A stretch of 64,000 nucleotides of DNA. Origin: Phoronis australis (lineage: Eukaryota > Animalia > Phoronida). The DNA is taken from contig NMRA01000043.1 in assembly GCA_002633005.1 (NCBI GenBank), forward strand, positions 221,463 to 285,462, written 5' to 3'. Every line of letters begins with the position of its first letter. The stretch's first letter is position 1. The notes under the pieces were generated by a model that was given only the letters and a program-made list of their open reading frames with translations, searched no databases and was not told the origin of the DNA. Position numbers and translations under genes: made by a program. Below, one piece after another: positions 1-12,269 of this stretch.

Positions 1-786
1 AATAAAAATACAGGGTGTCCAAAATGTTCATACATTTTAAATGACAACAACTGATGTTTATGGACTTGGGAACAAGATCAGGGACTTAAATTCAGGTGGT
101 GATCAAAAAAGGAATTTAGTCTTTATTAACCGGAAATAAATTCATTGTTTATTTACTTGTTCGGTAGGAGATAAATCGAATATAGCATGAATAGTGAATT
201 TACGTTTGCCAGTAGAATTGTGCGATTAATTTCCGTTCTCCAAAACTGCGTGCCTTTGCCATTTATTTAGTATTTACTTTATCTAGGCTATTAATTGTAG
301 TATTTACAATGACGGTAGCCCCATAAGTTTTCACTGCTTTCCATGGGTGCCCTCACATGTAATGGTTCATGCGTCTGCTTTCACAGCAAAGTGTAACCAT
401 GCAATAGTTGAGGGCTAGACTATGAACTGCACTGCTTGTTAAATCATGGTCTTTGTTCAGGTGCATGGTGCTAATTGTCATTTGTTGCTCGGTCTAATTT
501 TAACAGTAAAGACGTTGTTAAAGGTGGTGGCGTAAGTGCCAGGAAACTGGTCGTGAAATGGGTCATTGAGAACATTGCTCTGTGTTGCTGTTATGACAAT
601 GTTTTTGCATTTATCCAGAAATTTGCTGTTTTCCTGACGTTTAAATCCACTGTAAATGTGTCTTTCATCTTAAAAAATAACTGCAGATTTAGACTCCTTT
701 TCGCTTTGAAGTTGGTCTCAAAATGTCCTTTCTCAAAGCCGAGGTGATTTCTGGTCTTGAAAAGAACTAACAGTGTGTTGCTGCTT

Positions 787-1755
787 GAGGCTATGGTGTG
801 TTGGTCATTGTGTGCACCATCTACTGTATGAGCCAAAAGTATTCACTATATGAGGCTATGGTGTGCTGGTCATTGTATGCACCATCTACTGTATGAGCCA
901 AAAGTATTCACTATATGAGGCTATGGTGTGTTGGTCATTGTGTGCACCATCTACTGTATGAGCCAAAAGTATTCACTATATGAGGCTATGGTGTGCTGGT
1001 CATTGTATGCACCATCTACTGTATGAGCCAAAAGTATTCACTATATGAGGCTATGGTGTGTTGGTCATTGTGTGCACCATCTACTGTATGAGCCAAAAGT
1101 ATTCACTATATGAGGCTATGGTGTGCTGGTCATTGTATGCACCATCTACTGTATGAGCCAAAAGTATTCACTATATGAGGCTATGGTGTGTTGGTCATTG
1201 TGTGCACCATCTACTGTATGAGCCAAAAGTATTCACTATATGAGGCTATGGTGTGCTGGTCATTGTATGCACCATCTACTGTATGAGCCAAAATTATTCA
1301 CTGTATGAAGCTATGGTGTGTTGGTCATTGTATGCACCATCTACTGTATGAGCCAAAGTATTCACTATATGAGGCTATGGTGTGCTGTTCATTGTATGCA
1401 CCATCTACTGTATGAGCCAAAAGTATTCACTATATGAGGCTATGCTGTGCTGGTCATTGTATACACCATCTACTGTATGAGCCAAAAGTATTCACTACTT
1501 GAGGCTATGCTGTGCTGGTCATTGTATGCACCAACTACTGTACAAACCAAAAGTATTCACTACTTGAGGCTATGCTGTGCTGGTCATTGTATGCACCAAC
1601 TACTGTACAAGCCAAAAGTATTCACTACTTGAGGCTATGCTGTGCTGGTCATTGTATGCACCAACTACTGTAAAAGCCAAAAGTATTCACTACTTGAGGC
1701 TATGCTGTGCTGGTCATTGTATGCGCCATCTGCTATAGGAGCCAAAAATATTCAG
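787..1755. repeat. 65-bp tandem minisatellite, ~15 copies
   Basis: Unit GAGGCTATGGTGTG(T/C)TGGTCATTGT(G/A)TGCACCATCTACTGTATGAGCCAAAAGTATTCACTATAT starts at 787, 852, 917 and so on; copies diverge toward the 3' end. Confidence 0.97.
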
Positions 1756-3749
1756 GTAAAGTGACCTTGACGGTTGGTCGGAAGCCATAGTCATTGTCAG
1801 AGTAATCTTCATGATCGAGAATGAATGGGAATGAACAGTAAAGTTAAATGGGAATGAACAGTAAAGTTAAATGGCAAAGGCATTTTGTAATTAGAATTTG
1901 ACCACCTTAATAGTTAACGTATTACCAGTCATTTTTGCTGGTAACATAGTTACCTGCATGATGGAAAACAGTATTTTGTGTGATTACTTGTGTCTTGTGT
2001 GGTCTAGCTATAACAAAGCATAAGAACTACCTCAGCTGTGTTAGGAACAAGTTGAGATGAGTTGTACAGTAGTAAATGGTCCTAAGCAAAAGTTAATATT
2101 TCTCTTTGACAAAATACGGATGTGTCTTGAATAGCAAATTAGAGGAGAATTTTTGGTCACTTGAAACTTTAAGTTAATAGTCTCTTCATGAACAATGATT
2201 TTTAAATGAAAATAGCGAAATTTTCATTGCTATGGTAAGTTTTCGGTAGTATTGTGATTACAGTTGTTCTAACCCCTTCACCATTTGACTCGAAGCTTCT
2301 AGTCAGGGTGTACATAGTTGTGCAAAAGAATAATAGTGAAAAATAAGAGAAAAGAAACCAAAATTGCATATGATGACTCATGAGCTCAAATCCCTGTTGT
2401 GACCATTACAGTTGATGTCAAATTTTTAAGTTTAGACAGTCTCACTGGCTTAATGCCTACAGCCTAACCGATAAGACCACCCCTCAATAGGTAGACAGGG
2501 AGGTCCTCTTAAGTCTCTGAGTCATCTGACGGGAAAGGTGTTTGTGCCTTCTGGGATAAGGGTTTTTCCAAGAGGAAAATTCACCTTCCTCCGGAGGCTC
2601 TTTCAGTAAGTACACAAATTGTTTTTTTGACACACTTGACTGACAAGCGAAATTTACTTTGTTAAGTTTCCCTACAAATGTACGATCAGGTACATTTCAG
2701 TTTATTACAAGCGCAGTTTGCAATGTGTATATTTCATAAAACAATATGTGCTAAATTTTCTATTATTTACAAAAAGGCAACTGGCCATGATTGAAAACTG
2801 GAAAAATGACCATTATTGCAATAATTTTTTGTGCAAAGCACTTGTGTGTTCTGTGAGCGTAAATTCTTAGTGATGGCATTCACAGACCTGAGAATTTCTA
2901 TTAGGAAGTAAAAGTCCTGACTGAATACTTGGAACTACCATTTCACTAGTAGAGGCCAATATCGACCGGTACTCCTTATCATAGGTTTAACTTCCCATGT
3001 CAGGATCTTTCATAAAGCTCTGTCAGGTTGTCATTGTATAATCCCCAGCTTGTTTGTCCTGACAGGCATACTGAGCATACTGTTCTCTACTGTAATTCTA
3101 TTTCTTTCGTTCTTGAAATTTTGTTTGATTTTGCTGGGTAATTACTTACCATATGGATTGCTTGGCCAAATTAGTTAGAAACAACATAATTATAGCAACG
3201 ATGTGAATTATGTCAATTCTTTCTGCAGGTGGCGCAGTTTCTAAATCGATTAGATCTTTGTAGTGTAGACTGGAAAACAGGTTTAAAAACATGATATATT
3301 TGGCACTTTCCAAATCTTGATAACTTCACTTAGTTGCAGTGCTAATGTGTAAAAAAAATTATGCCTTGAAAAAGAAATTATTTTATCATAGTAACTATCT
3401 GCTTAAGGTTATGAAAAATGTCCAAATTTGGCTAACTTTGGAGCATAATTTCTCAGAAATGGTTGACCGGATACATAATGAAACTCAGACACCGTGATTT
3501 ATGTTGTTCGGAATTATTTTCAAAATGTTCCATTTTTGCATGAGGGGCTATCATAAATTTTATGATTTTCATGAAAAAATCAAAAGTTGTATAAAATGGA
3601 AATAAAATAACACTATAAAAATCTGTAACAGCATGTTTGAGATTTTATTTTGAACATTTTACATATTACATGAAATTTGATCAAAGTTTTAGATAATGTT
3701 TTGCTATCAATGTAGGTTTTTTGCTGAAGTTTACCAAAAAGACTGTATC

Positions 3750-4477
3750 GGCCTTACCGAGACAATTCTCAAACATTTTTTAGCAGTTGAGACCAGCAAG
3801 TGCTAAACAAAACACATTCTGCTTTACTGCTTGTGTTAATTTGTTTAGTTACAATGCACACCCAGATCATTACCTTGTGTTTACTGCTTGTGTTAATTTC
3901 TTTAGTTACAATGCACACCTAGATCATTACCTTGCGTTTACTCTTGCAAATGAACTCTGATGACACGCACACGCTCGCTCACTCACACACACGCAGACGA
4001 GCTTCAAAACAAACGTCATGTGACAACAACATGTGTGCTCGTCCAGAGATTTTTCTTTCTTGTGTTGCGGGGTATGATCTAGCGCAGATTTGGACTTAAC
4101 CTACTGTTAATCCCGACTCCGGGATGCTATTTGGAAAACTTCAAATTTCAGGTAATTTGTTGAGTCGAAATTGTACTTTTATTCAAGAATTCAAATTGCA
4201 ATATTGACAATCGTGAGGCAGTGACGCATCAGTCGGCGAGTTTTCACCCGGGGATTTCAGCACAATTTTTTGTAAAATGAACGTAATTCAACAACGAAGT
4301 TTGATTAGCAATGCACCGCAATTTTGTAGAAAGTTTGTCATAGGTTACAGATTCGTAAAAGAGCATAAGTTTGATGAATCCTAGCTTCTGATTTCACCCG
4401 TTTGAGACCGGGTTTCAACCATTCCTCCCCCTTAAAGAATTTTTCTGAGCGCTGAGCGCTTATTGGGGCGAATACGG
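3750..4477. mobile_element. Truncated copy (right part) of the CCGTA-TIR non-autonomous element at 6826-8221
   Basis: Aligns by eye to ~7484-8221 and ends GGCGAATACGG|TA. Confidence 0.8.
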
Positions 4478-4687
4478 TATTAGTTATCCAACCCACAAAA
4501 TTGCTTCTTAAACCGTTACCTGTATGCACTTTTTCATTGCTCAGAATTGGTTATTCTAAATACCTGTTGAATAAGCAATTCTGAACATTGAATAAGCGCA
4601 AAAAGATAATCACTCAATTATAACTAATACTGCCTGCAGAGTAACTAATGCTGCAAGTTAATTAAGCAATTCTGCCCACTGTTTATA

Positions 4688-4790
4688 GGGCCTTTCATAC
4701 TAACGTCGACGCGGCGATGTTTTTGGGAGTTGCGATCAGTATGAACACTCAACTTCTGTAAATAAGTTTTATGTCAATTAGCACATGTAC
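4688..4790. mobile_element. Harbinger-like MITE fragment (related pieces at 18737-19060 and 36850-37215)
   Basis: Starts GGGCCTTTCATACTAACGTCGACGCG and shares AAATAAGTTT.ATGTCAATTAGCACATGTA with the other copies. The superfamily is inferred from the terminus only. Confidence 0.5.
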
Positions 4791-4990
4791 ATACGGAGCT
4801 GCTCTGTACCTGGCAGGACATTGGATTTGAGTGACAGCTGCGTAACCTTTGACCTCATATAAGTGGTAAACAAATTTCCACGCGCTTTGCGGTTCCAAGG
4901 TGGTTCTGCTAAATCTTTTTCTCTCTACTCGTTATATATTTCGTATTTGATGTTCTGCAGGAATGAAGATAAGGTATTTTGGTAGACATA
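4791..4990. mobile_element. Fragment homologous to the left end of the large long-TIR element (~44018-44225)
   Basis: Shares AGCTG.TCTGTACCTGGC.GGA, TAACCTTTGACC, GCGGTTCCAAGGTGGTTCTGCTAAATC and GAATGAAGATAAGGTATTTTG with that region. Confidence 0.75.
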
Positions 4991-5583
4991 ATTGATCTAT
5001 CGCAAGCTCCGCCCCCTTGCGAAAAGTCACATTACACCCGACAAACGAGAAGTCAGAGGCAAATACACTGTCTCTAAACGACGTTCTTGGTAGAATCGAT
5101 AAATGTTTTTTTGCACTATTAGAAAACGCTTCGACAAAGACAACAGGCGATGCTTTTCAGCAGAGAATCCTACATTCATGATGTGGGAATTTGCAAAGGT
5201 GACGATGAAAAAATAAGTGTTCGCGTAAAAGTATTTCGAAGCCAGCGAAAATCCGAAGAACCCCACTCGGGGTTCACATTCACCTGACAAATGACAAGGC
5301 CACCGATGCGATATGTTCATGTAAAGCTGGGTATATACCTTAAAGTCGAATTATCTGTACGATGCCATAGATTTCAGGATCTTTTGAACAAAATCAGTGA
5401 AGGTTCACCGATATTGTTATTCTGTCGTCTGCTAAAGTCCGCCATACGAAAAATAGGTCACAACTGGTGGGACACCCGAGCAAAGTAGGTCGAGTCGATA
5501 GCACTGCTTACGCTTTTCTAATCTTCGAACGAAATATTTTGATTAAAAAAAACTTTAAAGCTCAAGTACACACTCATCTTGTC

Positions 5584-5907
5584 CAAGTCAAGCAGTTGGC
5601 TCTGGTACGGTAGGTCTAGGGCTGTGTACAAGTCAAGCAGTTCTCTCTGGTACGGTAGGTCTAGGGCTGTGTACAAGTCAAGCAGTTTGCTCTGGTACTG
5701 TAGGTCTAGGGCTGTGTACAAGTCAAGCAGTTCTCTCTGGTACAGTAGGTCTAGGGCTGTGTACAAGTCAAACAGTTCTCTCTGGTACAGTAGGTCTAGG
5801 GCTGTGTACAAGTCAAACAGTTCTCTCTGGTACAGTAGGTCTAGGGCTGTGTACAAGTCAAACAGTTCTCTCTGGTACGGTAGGTCTAGGGCTGTGTACA
5901 AGTCAAA
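5584..5907. repeat. 45-bp tandem minisatellite, ~7 copies
   Basis: Unit CAAGTCAAGCAGTTCTCTCTGGTACGGTAGGTCTAGGGCTGTGTA. Confidence 0.97.
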
Positions 5908-6825
5908 TTAATGCACGTATTACACCATTAGGCCTACCTTCTGATGATTTTCACATTTTTTATAGTTTCATTGCACAAAGGTAGCTTTCAGTTATTTTTA
6001 AATATAGCATGATCACTAAACTGTGGTATGGTTACAAAAGACGACAAGTCTGGTGTAGTGGCAAAAATGGCTATTTACAAAAACAACTCATATTCTTTTT
6101 GAAAGGTTCATAAATCTAAATGTCATGTTTGAACAACATCAAAATGAGCTCTCTCGAACTCTACAGGCGAATTTAAGGTAGGTGTATACACTGGTCAAAT
6201 CTCCAGGCTCCTATCTAAAGTATAAAGGGGTTTTAATTTAAGTTAGAAATGACTCTGTAATTGACAAAAATCGAAAAGAAAAGTTTTTATTGTAGTTTGT
6301 TTTTTTAAAAAATCGTATTTTTTATTTTTTAAAAAATCCAATTTTACCTTGAATTTTTTTTTCAAAATGCACAGGGATTATCATCAACTGTTTCCTTACG
6401 AAATATTCTACTTAAACATACCAAATATATGTACAAAATCATTATGATCTTGATTTTGTGTTTTTTTTTTGCGTGTGAGTTGGGGCAAGCACGCCACTTT
6501 CTGTCATTTGGTCACTTTCCGTCTAATAACTAAAAATCTGGTTCATGTATCAAAAAACCCTGGCACGTGATATTGCTTCAGTCCTAGAGGATTTCAAATT
6601 TGCAAATTTCGTAAAAATTACCCACTTGTTGCGGAAAACTAGGCCTGAGAATCTTGTCACTAACATGAAATCACGAGCCGAGAAAAACGGCTTTGAAGTT
6701 AAGCGGGCTTCGATTGCTACTTGAGGTCAAAATTGGTTCAGAATGCGCGGTCATTCTGTTCCAATTTTTGTTGATGTACTAGTAATAAAGCTGATATTTA
6801 CTTCATGCTTAGAAAATGTGACATA

Positions 6826-8221
6826 CCGTATTCGCCGTAATAACCGCCCATGCCCCTATAAGCGCCCCCCCACGTGTTTTCAGACTTTGCTGAAATAAGC
6901 GCCCAGTCCATGAACGTGTACGTGCGAACAATGACGTACCTACAGTCCTAAAACTCGGCTACAGTAACATCTTCAGTTTATCAAAAAAATTTTTGCACGG
7001 GTCTTCTAGACCACCAGCGGCACTGCTACGTTTGTATTTAACCGTGACAAAGTAACACAGCGCTTCAAAAAGAACGCAACAGCGTTGCTATGCTCTCGCG
7101 ACGACCGTGTCCCATGGTCTGACCTTTCAGTAGACACATCGACTGTCTCATGAATAAAAATAACTCGGTGTTAAACGCACGTGGCCAGGAAGCGCGCGCT
7201 ACATAACCTGTCATCAAAGACATAAGTTGGGAACAATCCATTCATGAAGCGGGTAGCATAGCATCGATAAGAAATGAATATTGGAACTAATTTTCGACAA
7301 TTTCTAATACTATAAACATGTTTGCGTTATTTTTGAGATGGATTGTTTGATTAACCATAATTGGTGTTATTAAGCCGAATATCCGATAAAATGACAACTG
7401 ACAGTGAATGCTTACACACCCTTACACCGAAAAATAACTGTCAGATAGTTACGTACACATCCAGCTACACGGCGACTAATATGGGCCTTGCCGAGACAAA
7501 TGTCGAAAGTTTTTAGCACGAGACCGGCAAGTGCTGAATGAAACACGCTCTGTTTTAGGCCTACTGCTTGTGCAAATTTCTTTAGACACATCTAGCTAGT
7601 TAGATTGCGTGGCTCTGGCCGAAAGACGGTCTCTGCTTTGACAAATGAACTCTGGTGACACGCACACGCACGCGCTCGCTTACTCGCAGACGATTTTCAA
7701 AAAAAACATCACGTGACAACAACATGTGTGTTCGTCCAGACATTTTTCTCGCCGTGTTGCCGATCATACATGTAGATGGCACGATGTTGCACAGATTTGT
7801 ACTTAAACCTGCCGTTAATCCAGACTCCACGGGAACTTAAAAAACCTTAGAGATGCTACTTATAAAACTTAATGAGGATTCCAGGTACTTTATCGAAACC
7901 ATTTTTATTCAAGCATTGAAGTCGCCATATCGAAAACGGCGATTTCGAAGCAGTCAGTTGGCGAGTTTTCGCCCTGGGATTTCAGCACAATTTTCTGTAA
8001 AATGATCGTAATTTAGCAGCAAAATTTGATAGCAATGCACCACAGTTTTGTTGAAAGTCTTTCATAGATTACATATACGTCACAGAGCGTAAATTTTATG
8101 AATCTTAGCTTCCGATTTCACCCGTTTCGGAGACCGGGTTTCAACCGCCTTGGGTTATAATAAGCGCCCCCCTGAACCGAACTTTTCTAAGCGCCCTGGG
8201 CGGTTATTATGGCGAATACGG
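6826..8221. mobile_element. Non-autonomous Tc1/mariner-superfamily (Tc2/pogo-like) element, TA TSD
   Basis: TA|CCGTATTCGCCGTAATAACCGCCCA ... TGGGCGGTTATTATGGCGAATACGG|TA, with subterminal TAAGCGCCC motifs and no ORF. Confidence 0.9.
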
Positions 8222-8265
8222 TACCTGTTTGTTTATAGCGTAATTTTAATCATTTTTGCGAACTT

Positions 8266-8640
8266 GTGGAGCACGACAGACGACCAAAATAAATATGGCT
8301 GTCACGTGGGCGGAGCTTAGCATTGTCTTGATCTATTGTCTGCTGTACTGGTGTGCCAACCACACATCATTAAAACCATGAGTTGATTGTTTATGCGACT
8401 CATCTGAACTCTCCACTCAGACTCTCTAACTGTACTACATAGACCTATTTGTTAGTATTCCAATATGTAATTACCATCTCTTCATCAACCAATATATGTG
8501 TTATATCAAATCGCCGCGTTACTGTCTACATAACAATATTGGTGACGAGGATAAAGAACTACTTTCATGGTAATGGTTCAACATTTTCACGTGCCTGTAC
8601 CGCCAACATTTTGACCGAATGGACTTTGGGATGAGAAAAT
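8266..8640 (+). mobile_element. Probable Gypsy-type 5' LTR fragment with primer-binding site
   Basis: A TG...ACA segment is followed by TGGTGACGAGGAT at 8540, a typical tRNA PBS. Boundaries are uncertain. Confidence 0.4.
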
Positions 8641-11600
8641 AGCACTTTCAGCACAAATAGCGTCGCTTGGGTGAGATTCTCAAGTTACCAAAGTTTCTTA
8701 TATTGCTTAGTCTTTCCACTAAAATCATATAATATCATGAGTTTTAAGTCAGGGATATGTTTGAATCTATGCTCAAGAACAATTTTGTTATGTTGAACAC
8801 TAGGTCATTTCTCTAATTTGTTGGGTTACGGCCGGTGGCAAGTAAAAAAATCCCGAGTTTGGCAGCCTAGTTTCTCCATGGCGCGTTCCTAGCACAAAAG
8901 CATGGTTTATCTCAAAAAAACTCTACACTGACGACATGTAGTTGTCTTGCGTGCGGCGTGTTTTCACAGCGCGTGCATGTACTCTCATCGAATTGGGCAA
9001 CACCACCCACGTCGACGTCCTCTCGCAAGCCACCTTGCCTTTCCGACTTCTCTTGCACACGCAAAATTTCTGCACTGACTCCTCAAGCTGATTGCAGTGA
9101 TGAATTTGGCGTACTCAACTTAATTTTTTTGTAGATGAACAAACAGGCTCAGGTTCGGAACAGGACCTAGTTCAACATTTCACCACCAACTTTCACATGG
9201 TCAAAAATAGAATTATTTTATTTTTGGCCTTGCTACAACATCAATATCAGCTGGCGGGTACAGCACTCTGGATTGCCTGGTTACGCAATGTTTGTTGACA
9301 GGGTTAGATTAGAGCTAGTGTCCTGGTATAAGCTCCGCCCCACTTGTCAGTCACTGAGCTGGTGAGCACTCAAGCCATATGACTTTCAGAAGCTTGGTCA
9401 AATGTAATTAAAAAAATAACTTTGGATTTTCAGAATGGTTTTATTTTTCTTTAGTATACTGTGCATTAGGATGATATAAATAATGTAAAAAACAGTCAAA
9501 ATTAATTTTTTGTGTATCCACCTACCTTAATACTAGAGGCTCTCTTCAAAAAGTAATTCAAGTGTTTATTTTATCGTGATAACAGCTGAAACAAGCCTTT
9601 GAGTTCAGTAATCCAGTGCCCCTCCCTGTGCCCATCGAATCTCTCAATTTTGGAGAGAAGTTCAGGTGATCGCCATCCTACGGGCATATGAATAATAAAA
9701 AACGTACTTTTCTACAAACGATGTCTATAAGTCGAAATAACTGAAAAATAGTAAAAATATAAAAACAACAATTTCCAGGGACTATTGATAGACTAGTAGT
9801 GCTGAGATCCAGTAGGTGCCGAGACAAAGGCGGCCAAACGAGTGAAACTCCGGAGTCACTATAGCCACCAAACTGAAAAGTGCATATCTTGGAACAAATA
9901 TATTTGTGTTTGACCTTCAAGTAATCGAGCTACGTTGCCAAGTTCAGCTGCTCGTGTGGCTGCCATTCACACAGTTTGGTCATAAGTTTAAACCTTTCGA
10001 CATCACATTTCGGTTTAGGAGATGCCCAAAAAATGATGGGATATTCTCAAGCTGCATAATTACTCTGAATTACATGCGCCATATCAATACTGCTTCATCA
10101 TTCTTATCGCACAATTTTTTGAACTATAGACTAAAATAAGTTTTATACGACAACGTTTTGTTTGTCGGCTAAAACGGCGGCATGGAAACGCGAACGAAGG
10201 CGTGTCAAGAATGTTGCGTTCTGATTGGTCAGTTAAGCAGTCAGTTGTAATCTTGGCGATAGGTCAATTATGTAAAATATTGCAAAAAATGGCCAATATT
10301 TTAATAAGGTTTGAGACATCCTTAAGAACCCTTCATAGGGCTTAAGCCTGCTATTCATGAATATTCTCTTGGTGACACATAACCTAGAGGATGGCAAGGA
10401 ATAGTTGGCTGGCCATTAAGAGCCAGCTCCAGACCTCTATAAGGGGTCCCCCGGGTAGCATAATGGTAGGTGATCCCTTCAGGTCTCTGCAGCTCATAGT
10501 AGAACCATCTGTGTAATGAACTTTGAGGCATGTCAGATGGCACTGAGAACAATATCCAGGGCATAAATGAGGACAACAATTATAAATCATACATCTGCTC
10601 CCCTCCCCCAGTCGCCCACTGGAGTTCTAGGGATCACCTGTTCAATAAAATATTCATTATCTGTTTTGTACTCTTTCCACTCGGAAATCACTTGATTTTT
10701 TTGCCTAAGGTGGTTAAACACTAATGGCTATCTGCCACCTTTTGTGTCTGTCGAGATGTTATGAAATGTCTATGTGGGAACTTCAATATTATTCTCATTG
10801 TTGTCATTTGTAATCATTAATTAGCTTTTAATCCTAGTTTGTAGTACTTCCCTTAATGAATGTAGTTTTCGATGTGAAAATCAATTTAGTTAAAATGTTC
10901 TACCATTTAACATGTTTTTAACAGTATTAATACAATGTATTTACGTTATAAAGTTTAATTATTTCCATATGCGTATGGAATACAAGGAAATCTTGTAATT
11001 ATTTTTGTATATTTTAAATCCACCGCTTCAAGCTCAGAGTCTGCCTCAAGTGAAATTTATCTAAAATCGCTATTTTTCCCACACTGCAAAGTAAGATGCT
11101 CCCTATGTTCGTTGTTCTCGTATTAGTGTAGTTAGTACACACAAGTTTCATGACCCAGTGAGAGATTTGGTAGTCAGGTGGTCCAATTATTAAATTTCTT
11201 TAGCTACCAAGGCTAAGCACTCGACTCACGTGGCTTGCGTGTTATGAGGATTTGTGCTCTAACGAGTGAGACATTCACCTCACCACCTGGCGAGGCAGTA
11301 TCCTCATGGTTCATTTTACCATAGACATGGGCTATACTCATTTGAATTCAAGGCACACGATATAGCTTTGATAAATGTGAACTGACTTCATTTTTGAGAT
11401 TTCATCTTGAACATCTACATCAAAGAATTTCAGTCATGTTATTGTGCTATGAACATACCTTTCTTTTTTGCTAAATTTTGGTCATGTGACCCAATTTGTG
11501 ATGGTTTTAAATGAAAAATCAAATTCTAGAAGATTTTTACTTTCAGGAAATAAATATTTTTACCGAGTTAAAGTTTTGTAGATATTTAGCTTAATACACA

Positions 11601-12269
11601 AATTTGTTAATAAATTCCTGTGTAAACTTAAGAATTTAGAATTTTCTTGTTTTTGAGAAATTTGACACTATGATTTCTTTAATTGCATACTGTGTTGATT
11701 GCCAAATCAGCAAATAATTTTTTTCACCAAGTATATTGCTTTGTCATATTTTTTGTCGTTGTTTCATTATTGGCACGGTCCATGGAGTGTCATAAAATTT
11801 GCGCACAACATATGACTCTTAAATAGTCCTCGAAGCATATTTTTGTCATGATTGCTAACATGGTGATTTGGCATTTAATTTAGTGATGTTCTTTTGAGCC
11901 ATTTTGTTGTTGCCATTATGTTGGCAGATGACTAGGCTGTAATTATTTTATCTTATATATCAATAAAATTCAAAATAGTGGATTTCTCAAATCAATGGTC
12001 GCCATTGAGATTTTGTCAGGCAGTGTGATTGGGAGTGTCATATTTAGACTATTTTAGATGAAACTATGGTGCTCACAGGCACTTGGATAAATGGCATGAC
12101 AATGTACCCGATAGTATTTGATATCTAAGTATTTAATAAACTTTTCACAAATGATTGCTTGAGTGATATGTTGAAAATTTACTTGGAGGAGAATTTCGTC
12201 AAAGTGGAATTTGTTTGAGGTTGCACATAAATATGCAAAAATGTATTTTTCTACAAAACTAGCTTAGTA

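Larger units (their letters stand above)
6177..9526. mobile_element. Non-autonomous TTAA-TSD DNA transposon (Kolobok-like) carrying nested insertions
   Basis: TTAA|GGTAGGTGTATACAC ... GTGTATCCACCTACC|TTAA: a 15-bp TIR with 1 mismatch and RR termini. Confidence 0.75.

Noticed and set aside
300-780. 3' end of a LINE on the minus strand
   Set aside because: A tail-like stem-loop is present but no readable RT motifs; support is insufficient.
787-1755. Possible CRISPR array
   Set aside because: There are no unique spacers; it is a plain tandem repeat in eukaryotic DNA.
5518-5911. Repetitive ORFs on both strands
   Set aside because: By-product of a stop-free 45-bp minisatellite; no coding context.
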